Shown here: positions 35,752 through 45,864 of the stretch, in pieces | Layout: each line of letters opens with the position of its first letter | Position numbering within the stretch: position 1 is the stretch's first letter | Sequence record: PP496439.1 | Strand: one strand, 5' to 3' | Length of the DNA: 64,000 bases | Notes under the pieces: generated by a model | What the model was told of the DNA's origin: nothing | Seen by the model: only the letters and a program-made list of their open reading frames with translations | The model's database searches: none | Made by a program: the position numbers and the translations under genes

Positions 35752-36811
35752 AGAGACCAGTGTCGTACATATCGGTGACCTTCACCTGAACAAGCTGGAC
35801 CGGGTGTTCGGCGACAAGTCACTGGACTACCAGTTCGCCGAGATCAGGAAGCCGCTCGACTACGCCGTGGAGAAGGGCATCAAGCATGTCATCTTCCTCG
35901 GCGACATCGCCGACAAGCCCCGCATGACAGAGGAAGCCTTGATCCGGCTGGTGCTCCTGCTCCGAGAATACACCGACAAGGATCGCGTCCTCCATCTGAT
36001 CAAGGGGAATCACGATGTCGAGAACAAGGAACGTCACTCGCTGCGCGGGCTGGAAGACCTGTGCAAAGCGGGCATGCTCCCCAATGTTCACATCTACACC
36101 GACCCCGCGCTGGTATGGATCGATGGCTGCCCGATCAACTTCGCCCCGTTCCCGTCCACAAGCGCGCAGGCGGACGCTTTGAACATCGGCCACTTCGATA
36201 CCCCCGGCACCATCCGGGATAACGGCCACGTGGCGCCTGGGGACTTGCCGCCCGCACGTGATCAATGGGTGATAGGCCATCTGCACACGCCGCAGGAAGG
36301 GAACCGCAGGCACTACGCGGGGACCTTGTACCAACTCAGCCGGGCCGAGCAGCGGATCAAGAGCTTCACCGTCAGCCGTCTCAAGTACGACACTAAAGCC
36401 AAGGTGGGTAGCCGACTGACCGTACGCCACCAGCGCGTACCTGTTACTCCCGAATTCCAGTTCGTCAACGTTGAGGTTGTTCGCCTACGTGACCTCGAAC
36501 AAGTGACGGACAACCCTTTGCATCTGCACACGGTGTGGGTAAAATCCAAGGTGGAACTTCCGGCCACGTGGTTGCAGCAACACCCCAACGTTATTGACCT
36601 GATCCCGTACAGCAACAAGAAGCAGCTCAAGGAACTCCAGAGTACGGGCATCGAGAAAGTAGACCTTGAGCTGGACAAGATGTTCGATCAATACGTCACC
36701 GATAAGTTCTCCCTGACTCCCCAAGAGTTGAAATTCGCTCAGTACACGGTGAACAGGTACCATGGTCAGATTACAAAGAGTACCCTATCTGATATTTCAT
36801 CAGAAGGTTAA
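35741..36811 (+). CDS. sbcD: SbcD/Mre11-like metallophosphoesterase nuclease subunit
   Basis: GDLH, GDIADK, GNHD, GHLH and YAGT motifs; SbcC partner at 43398. Confidence 0.88.
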   Translation: MAVKETSVVHIGDLHLNKLDRVFGDKSLDYQFAEIRKPLDYAVEKGIKHVIFLGDIADKPRMTEEALIRLVLLLREYTDKDRVLHLIKGNHDVENKERHSLRGLEDLCKAGMLPNVHIYTDPALVWIDGCPINFAPFPSTSAQADALNIGHFDTPGTIRDNGHVAPGDLPPARDQWVIGHLHTPQEGNRRHYAGTLYQLSRAEQRIKSFTVSRLKYDTKAKVGSRLTVRHQRVPVTPEFQFVNVEVVRLRDLEQVTDNPLHLHTVWVKSKVELPATWLQQHPNVIDLIPYSNKKQLKELQSTGIEKVDLELDKMFDQYVTDKFSLTPQELKFAQYTVNRYHGQITKSTLSDISSEG

Positions 36812-36939
36812 GGCTTGCAAGGTACAGCGTCCGGTGCCAATGGGCCGGGAATACGTCAATAAGAAAGGTGAGGTTGTTGGACTGGCTGAATACCATCGCC
36901 ATGACAGACCCATCTACTACATACCAATTGAGGTTAGCG

Positions 36940-37521
36940 ATGAACAGAACAGTAGTCAAGCTCGGGATTCGGGCGCTCAAGCTGCGAGAGATGTATACGT
37001 CGAGTGACTGGCACGTCTCGTTCGACTTGAAACTCGCCAAAGATTTCCTTGATAAGCAGGCTACGGAAACCTACATCAAGCTGGCGCAGTCAGTAGAAGG
37101 TTGCTACTTCCTCGACGTAGCGGAAGACGGGAACCCTATCAAGCAGGTTGATCCGGTGTACGTAGAGCTTAGTCTGGCAATTAAGTCTACAGCAATCATT
37201 TCGTTCGCCAAGGCACTGATGGCTACGGAAGGTAATCTGTTCAGTGGGATACTGGCCGAGCTTCAGAACATGGGGTTGATTGCGTTCGGGATGGTACAGA
37301 TTCCTGATCCTAGGTTCCTCATCACCCGGCCCACGCTGGACGAAGGTGAAGTGCCGGAAGGTAAGGTGTACTTGCTTCAAGGTCACGGGACGAAGCTGTT
37401 CAAGAAGCTTAGTATCGCCACCACGATCCCTGTAGACCCACAAGGTAATCCGATAGGTCTCGCGGAACCCGTGCACGTAAACTGGCCTGCTCAACTACTT
37501 GAGGTGCACTTCGATGACTGA
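36940..37521 (+). CDS. Hypothetical protein
   Basis: GAGGT RBS before ATG 36940. Confidence 0.7.
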   Translation: MNRTVVKLGIRALKLREMYTSSDWHVSFDLKLAKDFLDKQATETYIKLAQSVEGCYFLDVAEDGNPIKQVDPVYVELSLAIKSTAIISFAKALMATEGNLFSGILAELQNMGLIAFGMVQIPDPRFLITRPTLDEGEVPEGKVYLLQGHGTKLFKKLSIATTIPVDPQGNPIGLAEPVHVNWPAQLLEVHFDD

Positions 37522-38494
37522 GACATGGGAACAACGCCGCCGCCGAATCATGGCGGAGATCAATGCGGAGGAATCTGCCAAAGAGCAGGACCGCCAGAAG
37601 GTGACCGTCAAGCATACGAAGTGGATGCCGCCAGCAGGTATGGTTCGGGGTAGTCTGGCCAATCATACATTGTCGCCGCAACCGTTCAATCCCCAGGCCA
37701 ACGTTCACAAGCTGATCCATGTCTTGACTCATGCCAAGGAAGAGATCAAGCGCTCGGATCGACTGGTAACCCTGTTCCTACCCGGCGACAACACGACCCG
37801 AATGCTGGAGCGGGATGCCGCACTTACCTGCCTGCGTAGCAATGAGGAAGGTTTCCCTTTCGTACGAGGTCTGGTGCACAGTACGCCCGAGTTCGAGATT
37901 GACTTCTTATCCCTTCGGCTTGACGAATCTAGTCAGCAAGCGGCTTACGATAAAGGTGTGATCACTCCCGTATATCATCTCAGCCTAAAGGACAAGGCTA
38001 GTGTGTCGGGGTATTCGATCTACTCCGATGAGGATGTGATCACACCGTCGGTAGAGATTATCTACTGCATGGCTCGCTGTGTGTCGGCGATGTTCCGCAA
38101 GATCGTGGAACCTATCCTGACCGTGGATATGAAAACACTGATGCTGGCTATCAATGCCTTCACGGATGAGTTCAACAGGCTGATAGCCCATCGGTACATG
38201 CAAGGCTGGGCGGCGCGCTACGAATTGAAAGGGTATGAGATAGTTATTCGACTGGTGCACGAAAAGGCATTCAAGTCGTACACGCTCAATCTGGCGTTCG
38301 AACGGTCGGGTGTCCTGCTCCATCTGGTCACGCCCAACGACATCCTGACGGTCAACACCTACCGGTTGTTACTGGCGCTGCTCTATCCCGAGGTAAAGAT
38401 GCCAGCGATCCTGCGCCGGGATCAGACCACGGCGGGAGTCATGCCCTACTACTTCAACATCTTGCCCAGCGCCGGTTTCGAGCTGGATCTGTAA
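37514..38494 (+). CDS. Hypothetical protein
   Basis: GAGGT RBS; overlaps the upstream stop. Confidence 0.75.
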   Translation: MTETWEQRRRRIMAEINAEESAKEQDRQKVTVKHTKWMPPAGMVRGSLANHTLSPQPFNPQANVHKLIHVLTHAKEEIKRSDRLVTLFLPGDNTTRMLERDAALTCLRSNEEGFPFVRGLVHSTPEFEIDFLSLRLDESSQQAAYDKGVITPVYHLSLKDKASVSGYSIYSDEDVITPSVEIIYCMARCVSAMFRKIVEPILTVDMKTLMLAINAFTDEFNRLIAHRYMQGWAARYELKGYEIVIRLVHEKAFKSYTLNLAFERSGVLLHLVTPNDILTVNTYRLLLALLYPEVKMPAILRRDQTTAGVMPYYFNILPSAGFELDL

Positions 38495-38540
38495 ATAACC
38501 AGCAGCAAGCTTACACACCTACCGAATAAGGATCAGACAG

Positions 38541-39740
38541 ATGGCTCGCAGTAGCGAAGTAACCGTACCCAAGAAAGCAACGATCAAGGAGCGCCAGCTC
38601 GATCTCAAGTACCGCCCATGGCAGTGGTCTGACGTCGTTGGGCATGCACCCGTTCTCAACGAACTTAAGACCATCGTCAAGAATTCAGGCAAGCAGTTGC
38701 CAGCGGTACTGGGGTTCTTCGGTGAATCCGGTCGCGGTAAGACCACACTGGCCCGCATGATGGCGACCTACCTGAACTGTGCGACAGATGACGCGTGTGG
38801 GGAGTGTGAGTCGTGCACCTTGATGATCGACAACCGGCATCCCGACTACAAAGAAATCAACATGGCCGAGATCGGCACTGACGAAGTGGGCGCCATCGTC
38901 AACAACGCCAACTTCAAGCCTCGGTTCAAAACCCGCATCATCTTCCTCGACGAAATCCACAAGATCAAGTCTCAGGCCGCGATGGATAAGCTGCTCAAGC
39001 CGATGGAAGAACCGCCGGTTGGCACCATGTGGATCATCGCGACCAACCTGCCGGAAAAGATCCCGAACAACAAGGCAGTGATCGGTCGTGCACTGTCCCT
39101 CTGGCTGAATGCCCCGACGCCGGAAGAAATCTCCAAGCGCTTGCTGGCGATTGCCAAGCTGGAGAAGGTGGCGTGGATCACCAGTGAAATGACCAACACG
39201 CTGGCGCAGAATTGCAACGCCCAGGTACGTAACTCGGTCAAGTCGCTGGAACGTCTGATCAACGCCGGTACGGAGTTCTTCTCCAATGATCGCAAGGCCA
39301 AGCGTACCGGGAAGATCGACAAGAAGTCGCTGGATGTCATGCTCAGCAGCATCACGTCTGCGGGTATCGGTGAGGACGCCGAGGTCAACCAGCTGGCATC
39401 CGATCTGTTGATGGCGTTGTACACCAGTGATCCGGGCAAGGCCATGGTCGCCATCATGTCCAGCAAGGATCAGGTGAAGCTGGTCAACTCCATGATGTAC
39501 CTGAACCAGTACGTGATGGCCGTGCAGTTCACGCAGCGCTGCCCCGGCATCTGGCATTCGGACACCAACAAGGCGTTCGCGGCACTGGTCAAGAAAGTAT
39601 GCAAGGCAATACCGGCCAACGAGCTGGGCATGCTGCACAAGGCAATCATTGACCTGCGCATGGCAGTGGTCAGCGGCAACGTAGACGCCACCCAGCATAT
39701 GATCGCCGGTTGCATGAACCTGATGCTTCCACCGGAGTGA
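38541..39740 (+). CDS. dnaX: DNA polymerase III gamma/tau-like clamp-loader ATPase
   Basis: LKYRP...VVGH, GESGRGKTT, LNC...CGECESC Zn module, IIFLDEIH, LLKPMEEPP. Confidence 0.9.
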   Translation: MARSSEVTVPKKATIKERQLDLKYRPWQWSDVVGHAPVLNELKTIVKNSGKQLPAVLGFFGESGRGKTTLARMMATYLNCATDDACGECESCTLMIDNRHPDYKEINMAEIGTDEVGAIVNNANFKPRFKTRIIFLDEIHKIKSQAAMDKLLKPMEEPPVGTMWIIATNLPEKIPNNKAVIGRALSLWLNAPTPEEISKRLLAIAKLEKVAWITSEMTNTLAQNCNAQVRNSVKSLERLINAGTEFFSNDRKAKRTGKIDKKSLDVMLSSITSAGIGEDAEVNQLASDLLMALYTSDPGKAMVAIMSSKDQVKLVNSMMYLNQYVMAVQFTQRCPGIWHSDTNKAFAALVKKVCKAIPANELGMLHKAIIDLRMAVVSGNVDATQHMIAGCMNLMLPPE

Positions 39741-39744
39741 GGCC

Positions 39745-39828
39745 ATGGATTGGTTATACCTAATAGGTATGCTCGCAGTAATTCTTGCCGGTTGCTACCT
39801 TCACGCCAACTGGTATCCGGGTGACTGA
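39745..39828 (+). CDS. 27-aa hydrophobic micro-peptide (absent from the ORF track)
   Basis: MDWLYLIGMLAVILAGCYLHANWYPGD; GAGG RBS; fills the gap exactly; LAGC lipobox-like motif but no basic N-region. Confidence 0.45.
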   Translation: MDWLYLIGMLAVILAGCYLHANWYPGD

Positions 39829-39829
39829 C

Positions 39830-40330
39830 ATGATCGCCGCACTGCATGTGAGTAAAGACGGGACAAATGAGATCCCAAAAGATGATGATGACTTCGGTTT
39901 GGTAAACCTTCGACATAATCACCCGAAGACAGGCCGAAGTGTTGCGTTCACTATCTCACGGGATGTGAACTACTTCTGGGTTAACATCCTGCCGTCAAGG
40001 CATAACGATCCGGGGTTGATCCCCCGGTTGACCGACTATTTGCGTTGCCGATTGAACGGAATGCAGACGTACCATTGGATATCAGGGTTCAAGATTCACG
40101 TCTTCGATAGCTACCGCGTCAAGCGGCATGGACCTCTGCGTGCTGATATCGAGTTCACCTGTTCGGAAACGGGATTGACGGTCACTAAGGCTTTCTTTGC
40201 CAGCACCGGGCGGCTGTTGAACTCTGTGGCGACTCACGCAATCGCCCGAGGCTACACCGTGATCGAATTCAGCCGGGACTATGAGCTAGACCGGCACTTC
40301 GTTCACCTCAACTTGATCGGGGAACTGTAA
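39830..40330 (+). CDS. Hypothetical protein
   Basis: ORF coupled to its neighbours. Confidence 0.65.
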   Translation: MIAALHVSKDGTNEIPKDDDDFGLVNLRHNHPKTGRSVAFTISRDVNYFWVNILPSRHNDPGLIPRLTDYLRCRLNGMQTYHWISGFKIHVFDSYRVKRHGPLRADIEFTCSETGLTVTKAFFASTGRLLNSVATHAIARGYTVIEFSRDYELDRHFVHLNLIGEL

Positions 40331-40800
40331 TGGCAGATGAATTGAAACGTGAGATGGTACCCGCGTACAAGTTCGATACGCTGGTGGCTCACGCGCAGGC
40401 GCAGGAAGAGACGATCGCCAAGCTGACTGCGCGCAACAACCACCTGGAGCTGTACGCCCGCGACGACGTATGGCATTGGCAGAAGGACGGCGGCAACTTC
40501 CTCAAGAGTTTGACGTGCCCCGTGGTGATCGACCCAGCTGAACTGCGAGCCTTCCTGCTTGAGAACAATCACGCTGCTCGCTTGAAGAGTGTCGCTGACC
40601 AGTTCGAAGCGTTCCTGTCAGAGGAGAAGCTTAAAAAGGAGGACCTTCAGGAACGGTTGACCCGACTGGCTACTCTGGCCAATACGTTGGTGGAATCAGG
40701 GGAGCCCCACGCCCACCCGGACTTTCCAGAGTTGCTGGATGCCATAGAGGGAGCGATCCCGAGTAAACTGGTCCCTAAGAATCCACCGAAGGGAAGATGA
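40330..40800 (+). CDS. Hypothetical protein with a DVWHWQ.DG.N.L.SL.CPVVI phage motif
   Basis: GGGA RBS; motif recognised from other phage accessory proteins. Confidence 0.75.
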   Translation: MADELKREMVPAYKFDTLVAHAQAQEETIAKLTARNNHLELYARDDVWHWQKDGGNFLKSLTCPVVIDPAELRAFLLENNHAARLKSVADQFEAFLSEEKLKKEDLQERLTRLATLANTLVESGEPHAHPDFPELLDAIEGAIPSKLVPKNPPKGR

Positions 40801-40801
40801 C

Positions 40802-41005
40802 ATGAGCAATCAAAAGATCTTCGAGGCTGCACAGGAATCTGCAGCTCAGCACCAACGTAACCGTCCGGCGCCAGAATCAAAGCTGGATCGTGTTCGGCAG
40901 GCTATGAGTTGGTGGAACGCCCAGACAATGGACGTACGTGAGGTATTGCGGGCTCACTCCAATCTGATCACATCCACCGATATAACCAGCTTCTACTGGG
41001 GATAA
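40802..41005 (+). CDS. Small hypothetical protein
   Basis: Tight packing and RBS. Confidence 0.65.
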   Translation: MSNQKIFEAAQESAAQHQRNRPAPESKLDRVRQAMSWWNAQTMDVREVLRAHSNLITSTDITSFYWG

Positions 41006-41007
41006 GC

Positions 41008-41490
41008 ATGACCATCAAGATTGGGGAATTCGAGGTACGATCCAACCAATGGGTGTGCCATCCAGAGACGTGTAACCACGACAGCCACCCGGCGTATATG
41101 ATCACCTACCGGGGTAAGTCGTATCGGAACGCTGACTCGGAGGAAGAGGCCCGGAAGCTCATAGAGTCTGACATCGCGAATGGTGCTGAGAAGGTGTTGG
41201 ACAGCCTATTCCATAAGGGTGTTCATATCTACCCGCAGGAAGACCTCAAAGGGTTCGTATGGGAGTCAGTAGCCCAACCGGAGTCTACTCACCTGAAACC
41301 GAGTCCACTGTCCTTTTACGAGAAGGAGGTGGTTAGTCTGCTAGCGGAGGCGTGGAACAAGTTCATGTTGCTCCCAGAGGAGCACCCCAACGACCGACAG
41401 ACTTTCTGCGACCGGATCAATGAACTCCAGAACATGGTCATGTGCCGCCCGGTGCGGCGAATAGGTTGGACGAAAAAGGAAGACGTATGA
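41008..41490 (+). CDS. Two-domain hypothetical protein (C-terminal LAEAWN.F..LP.EHP.D helical hairpin)
   Basis: ORF coupled to DHFR. Confidence 0.7.
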   Translation: MTIKIGEFEVRSNQWVCHPETCNHDSHPAYMITYRGKSYRNADSEEEARKLIESDIANGAEKVLDSLFHKGVHIYPQEDLKGFVWESVAQPESTHLKPSPLSFYEKEVVSLLAEAWNKFMLLPEEHPNDRQTFCDRINELQNMVMCRPVRRIGWTKKEDV

Positions 41491-42047
41491 AGATCAGCAT
41501 TATTGCAGCAATGGGTAAGAACCGCGTAATCGGCAAGGACAACACGCTGCCGTGGCACGTACCCGCCGACCTGAAACGCTTCAAAGAACTGACCATGGGC
41601 AAGCCGGTGGTCATGGGGCGCAACACCTGGGACTCCCTGCCGGACAAGGTACGCCCACTTCCCGGACGTCTCAACATCATCCTGTCCAACACCCTCCCAG
41701 CGGGAACAGACATCCACGGCACGGTGGTGTGTCCCGACTTTTCAGGTGTACTCCGACACCTACAGGTACTAAAGGACAAGTATCACTCAATGCAAGTTGA
41801 CCCTGAGATCCTATATGCGTGGAACCTGTCCGAAGTGTTCATAATCGGTGGTGCTCAGGTATACAGTCACCTACTGGAATACGATCTGGTGGACAAGATG
41901 TACTTGACGTTCGTAGAACAGGACGTGCCGGACGGCGACGCCTTCTTCCCCGAGTTCAACCGGATGGACTGGCTCGTCACGGAATCCGATGTGGACTATT
42001 CTGACCGCACCCTGTTCAAGGTGTTCGAACGCCGGGGCGAGCGATGA
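41487..42047 (+). CDS. folA: Dihydrofolate reductase
   Basis: IAAMGKNRVIG...LPWHVPADLKRFK, VMGRNTWDSL, PLPGRLNII, IIGGAQVY, GDAFFP. Confidence 0.95.
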   Translation: MKISIIAAMGKNRVIGKDNTLPWHVPADLKRFKELTMGKPVVMGRNTWDSLPDKVRPLPGRLNIILSNTLPAGTDIHGTVVCPDFSGVLRHLQVLKDKYHSMQVDPEILYAWNLSEVFIIGGAQVYSHLLEYDLVDKMYLTFVEQDVPDGDAFFPEFNRMDWLVTESDVDYSDRTLFKVFERRGER

Positions 42048-42358
42048 AAAAGGAGATCCTTGACCGTATTCTGGCACAGACTTCCATGTTCCAGCATTCC
42101 CAAGAGATGGATAGGTTGAACGCCACCATCGAGCACAACGATCTGAAGTTCCTGTTCAACTTCAAGACCAAGGAACTTCAGGTTGTCAACGCCGACGAAC
42201 TGGCTACCATCTTCGCCAGCCGTAAGCATTCATGGGTAGTCTTGCACAATTTCCCGGAATACCTGCGGCTGCTTCGAGACAATAGCAAGTTCGAAACCCT
42301 CTGGCCCGTGATCAAGGCTATCCTTGACCGCTACCCACCACCGCCACATAAGAGCTAA
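42044..42358 (+). CDS. Hypothetical protein
   Basis: ATGA overlap with folA. Confidence 0.7.
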   Translation: MKKEILDRILAQTSMFQHSQEMDRLNATIEHNDLKFLFNFKTKELQVVNADELATIFASRKHSWVVLHNFPEYLRLLRDNSKFETLWPVIKAILDRYPPPPHKS

Positions 42359-42362
42359 TCTC

Positions 42363-42962
42363 ATGATCAACGACTGGATCATCACTCATTCTGGCAAGCG
42401 CTTCGAACTGGCCGACCCCAGGCCGGAGATGGTGTGCATCGAAGACATTGCCATCGCGTTGGCCCGTCAGACCCGCTTCAACGGGCACTGTGACCGGTTC
42501 TATTCCGTGGCTATGCACTCGTACATCATCTCCAACCATCTTCCCAAGCACTTGCGACTGGAAGGTTTGTTGCATGACGCGGCGGAGGCCTATATCGGTG
42601 ACATCAGCAGCCCGCTCAAGAAGATCATCAAGGCACATTGGCCGGGGTTCAAGGCATTCGAAACCCGTATCGAGGAAGTCATCTTCGATGCGTTGGGCGT
42701 GCCGTTGACCAATGATCCGATGATCAAGGAATACGATCTACGCATGCTGGCCGTGGAACATCGTGACCTGATGCCTAAGACGGAACATGAATGGTCTATG
42801 TTGGTGGGTGTTAAACCCTTGTCCGATGTATTCCCTGAAAGGGAATCACTCGACGCGCAGCTAACGTCTCGATCTATGTACCATCCGGAGGTTATGGCTC
42901 CGACTTTTATCAAGACGTTTAACTATCTGAAAGCCAAGGGTTGGCACTTACCTAAAATCTAG
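42363..42962 (+). CDS. HD-domain 5'-deoxynucleotidase (YfbR/YfdR-like)
   Basis: IEDIAIALARQTRFNGH...YSVAMHS, LLHDAAEAYIGDISSPLK. Confidence 0.88.
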   Translation: MINDWIITHSGKRFELADPRPEMVCIEDIAIALARQTRFNGHCDRFYSVAMHSYIISNHLPKHLRLEGLLHDAAEAYIGDISSPLKKIIKAHWPGFKAFETRIEEVIFDALGVPLTNDPMIKEYDLRMLAVEHRDLMPKTEHEWSMLVGVKPLSDVFPERESLDAQLTSRSMYHPEVMAPTFIKTFNYLKAKGWHLPKI

Positions 42963-42972
42963 GGGAGCTTCT

Positions 42973-43182
42973 ATGTGGCGCAAGATCCTAGTCGTGATAG
43001 GCCTGCTGCTGGTTATGAGCGGGCTTGTCTACGCCAACACCATCTTCGGTGGGGCATCCAGCATCGGGACCGTGATAGTCTCCCTACTGTTCACCATTGC
43101 CGCCGTCTCAGCCATCCTCGTTACGGAAAAGGTATGGATGGATATTGACAAGAGTAAGGATAAGCGTAATGGGAAAAGCTAA
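42973..43182 (+). CDS. Small two-TM membrane protein
   Basis: GGGGAG RBS; two hydrophobic segments. Confidence 0.65.
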   Translation: MWRKILVVIGLLLVMSGLVYANTIFGGASSIGTVIVSLLFTIAAVSAILVTEKVWMDIDKSKDKRNGKS

Positions 43183-43363
43183 GTGGATTATCTGTTCGAT
43201 TGGGGTGCTAGTCGTTTGTCTCATCCTGTACCTTGTCCACGTAAAGGTTGATCTTGACACGAATAGAGGTCAAGTGGCTAGCTTGTTCTTCCTGATAGCC
43301 ATGGCCATGACCCTTATCTCCACGTTGAAGGCACTGGAACTGGTTGACGAAATGCGCCGGTAA
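43169..43363 (+). CDS. Small two-TM membrane protein
   Basis: AAGGA RBS; two hydrophobic segments. Confidence 0.6.
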   Translation: MGKAKWIICSIGVLVVCLILYLVHVKVDLDTNRGQVASLFFLIAMAMTLISTLKALELVDEMRR

Positions 43364-43397
43364 ATAAGCCGTATATGATTCATCTTAGGATAGTGCC

Positions 43398-45863
43398 GTG
43401 AACACTCTTCATTCGCTCGAACTCAACAACGTCATCTACATCGAGGAAGCCACGCTTGATCTGGATTACGAAGGCATCACTTGGATCACCGGTAAGAACC
43501 TGAACGCCAAGCTCAAAGGCCGGAACAACGGTGCGGGCAAATCTCTGCTCGTATCCCCACTGGCCCAGCTGATGGCTAACAGCCTGCCGACGCAGGAAAA
43601 GGGTCAACGGTCTTCCAAGAACGCCTTTTACCAAAACGGCACCTCGACCATCCTGACTCAGACCGTCAAAGGAATCACCTATCGTTCCACGAAGTCCATG
43701 GCCAAGAACAAGGTGTCGTGGACCGTGGCGCAGAAGAACGGTGCCGGTAAGTTCGTAGATATGGAATTCGCAACCCCAAGCAAGGCGGAAGCTTTCGCGT
43801 TGGGGCTTTGTGCGTTGTCCAATGAAGAAGTGTTCAGCACTGTATACCTGGATAGTCGTAAGCCCTTCGTGATGGTCACCGGCACACCGACCGAGCGCTT
43901 TAACTACATCTCCAACTTGTTCCGGTTGGAAGACTATGATCGGGTTCGCCAGATGGCACTGGACGACTTGGCCGCAGTCAACAAGCAAGAGGTGGAGCTT
44001 ACCGCCCTGCGTGAGACGTACGAAGGCACCGTTGTCAACCCCGCTGACCTGCGCAAGTGGAGGAAGCTGCATACCCGCAAGTTGGCGGAAGCAACGGCAG
44101 CGCGTGCAGAGGCCGACACCTTACGATCCCACGTTGACGCAATCAAGGTGTACCTCAAGTACAAGGACGACATCGAACTGCTCGACGTTGACCTGAAAGC
44201 GTTGAAACGTCAGTGGGCCAGCCATACGAAGCAGAAGCGCGCGTACGAAGACTACCAGTCCGTCATGGCCGAGGGCAAGACCGCCAAGCGCTCGCTAGAA
44301 AAGCTGGAGCGTAAGGAAGGTGAGTTCCTCATTCGTCTGAAGGAACTGTGCAACCGGGTGTCAGTACCCTTCTCGTTGAAGGATGACCCGCAGGAGGTCA
44401 TGAACGCACTGGTCAAGGTGTTGGATACCGCCCACAACCTGATGTGCGATCAGGAAGAGTTGGTCGGGACGCTGGACGACGAACGGCTGAGGATGGAAGC
44501 AGGCTACCTCAAAGTGCAGGACGCCGACAAGGCTCTGCGCATTGCCAAGCGCAAGCTGAAGGGTAAGCCTACGCATAAAGAGGTGTATGGCGAGCAACGG
44601 GTGACAGAGCATCGTATCGTGGAGCTGCGCAAGCATCTCGATGCCCACAACGATGGCAAGTGCACCACCTGCGGACACTCGTACCCGGCCCGGAAAGCCA
44701 AGAAGGACCTGCGGGTGCTGGAGGATCGACTGGCCGAACTGGATCTGTTGGCACGTCAGCACGACAAGTACGAAAAGGCGAGCAAGGAACGCGACAAGCT
44801 GTACGAAGGTACTGCCAAGCAGTTAGACTCTGAACTGGACAAGCTGGTTGAGAGTCTGGTAGTGGCTCAGAGTGTGCTGAACAAGATGAAGGATGAGCTG
44901 GCCGCTTCCGGCTGGGAATCCTTTGCAGTCGCCGCAGATACAGTCAACGCCGACTGGCAGGACGACTGGGAAGACATTGCCAAGGACAAGGCCGCGCTGA
45001 CCAAGCAGGCCCGTGCTGCGCGTAAAGCGACCAAAGTGGAGAAGCCTTCCACGGACCGCAAGCTGAAAGACACAATTATCCGTGCCGATAAGGTGCAGGA
45101 TCACGCTGACCTCATTCGCTCCGGTGCGTCAATCGCCCAAGAGTACGAAGTGTCCGGCAAACCAATCTCCAGTATCCTGCGTAGTCTTGAGCGCGGCGTC
45201 AAACTGGCTGAGAACAAAGTCGCCAGTGCCAGCGTCAACGCGGGTAAATACGAAACGAAAGTGATGGAAGGTCAGCGCACCATCCGTCAGCTCGCCAAGG
45301 TCAAGCACCGCATCCGTGAACTCCGTGAGAACGTGAAGTTCAAGCGTAGTTATGAAGCAGTGGCAGATGCCTATGGCAAGAATGGGGTGAAGATGTCCCA
45401 CGTGGATATCCTCTGCCAACGTATCAGTTCCAATCTGAACAAGTACTCCCATCTGTTGTTCCCGGAGAAATTCGAGTTCCAGATCGTGGTTGCTCCTAAC
45501 ACCTTCGACGTATTGGTCAAGCGCCCTACAGGTGAGGGACCAGCCAAGGTGTCGGACGCACTGCACTTATCCGGTTCGGAAGGTCGTTCGTTCCAGCTGC
45601 TATGGCTTATCTCCGTGTTGCCGTTCCTGCCCGCCGAGCGTAGGTACAACGTAGCCATCCTCGACGAGATGGAAGCGACCATGGATGAACCGAGCCGAGA
45701 GCTGATGATCCGTGACTTCCTGCCGGTGTTGAACAAGATCATTCCGCATATCGTCTTCATTAGTCCCAACTCTGACAACACGCCGGGTCACAACTACCGT
45801 CATCTGGAAGTGGTCAAGAAGGGTAAAACTTCCACCGTACACCTTATCAACGAGGTAGCCTGA
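43398..45863 (+). CDS. sbcC: SbcC/Rad50-like SMC ATPase
   Basis: Walker A NNGAGKS, coiled coils, Zn-hook CTTCG, signature LSGSEG, Walker B ILDE. Confidence 0.92.
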   Translation: MNTLHSLELNNVIYIEEATLDLDYEGITWITGKNLNAKLKGRNNGAGKSLLVSPLAQLMANSLPTQEKGQRSSKNAFYQNGTSTILTQTVKGITYRSTKSMAKNKVSWTVAQKNGAGKFVDMEFATPSKAEAFALGLCALSNEEVFSTVYLDSRKPFVMVTGTPTERFNYISNLFRLEDYDRVRQMALDDLAAVNKQEVELTALRETYEGTVVNPADLRKWRKLHTRKLAEATAARAEADTLRSHVDAIKVYLKYKDDIELLDVDLKALKRQWASHTKQKRAYEDYQSVMAEGKTAKRSLEKLERKEGEFLIRLKELCNRVSVPFSLKDDPQEVMNALVKVLDTAHNLMCDQEELVGTLDDERLRMEAGYLKVQDADKALRIAKRKLKGKPTHKEVYGEQRVTEHRIVELRKHLDAHNDGKCTTCGHSYPARKAKKDLRVLEDRLAELDLLARQHDKYEKASKERDKLYEGTAKQLDSELDKLVESLVVAQSVLNKMKDELAASGWESFAVAADTVNADWQDDWEDIAKDKAALTKQARAARKATKVEKPSTDRKLKDTIIRADKVQDHADLIRSGASIAQEYEVSGKPISSILRSLERGVKLAENKVASASVNAGKYETKVMEGQRTIRQLAKVKHRIRELRENVKFKRSYEAVADAYGKNGVKMSHVDILCQRISSNLNKYSHLLFPEKFEFQIVVAPNTFDVLVKRPTGEGPAKVSDALHLSGSEGRSFQLLWLISVLPFLPAERRYNVAILDEMEATMDEPSRELMIRDFLPVLNKIIPHIVFISPNSDNTPGHNYRHLEVVKKGKTSTVHLINEVA

Positions 45864-45864
45864 T

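Noticed and set aside
36762-37007. 81-aa ORF bridging sbcD and the 36940 gene
   Set aside because: It overlaps both neighbours substantially and lacks a clear RBS. A shorter product from 36840 cannot be excluded but is unsupported.
41100-41190. ADSEEEARKLIESDI resembles the HicB antitoxin N-terminal motif
   Set aside because: The pattern is too generic (common in small phage proteins) to support a third antitoxin mimic.
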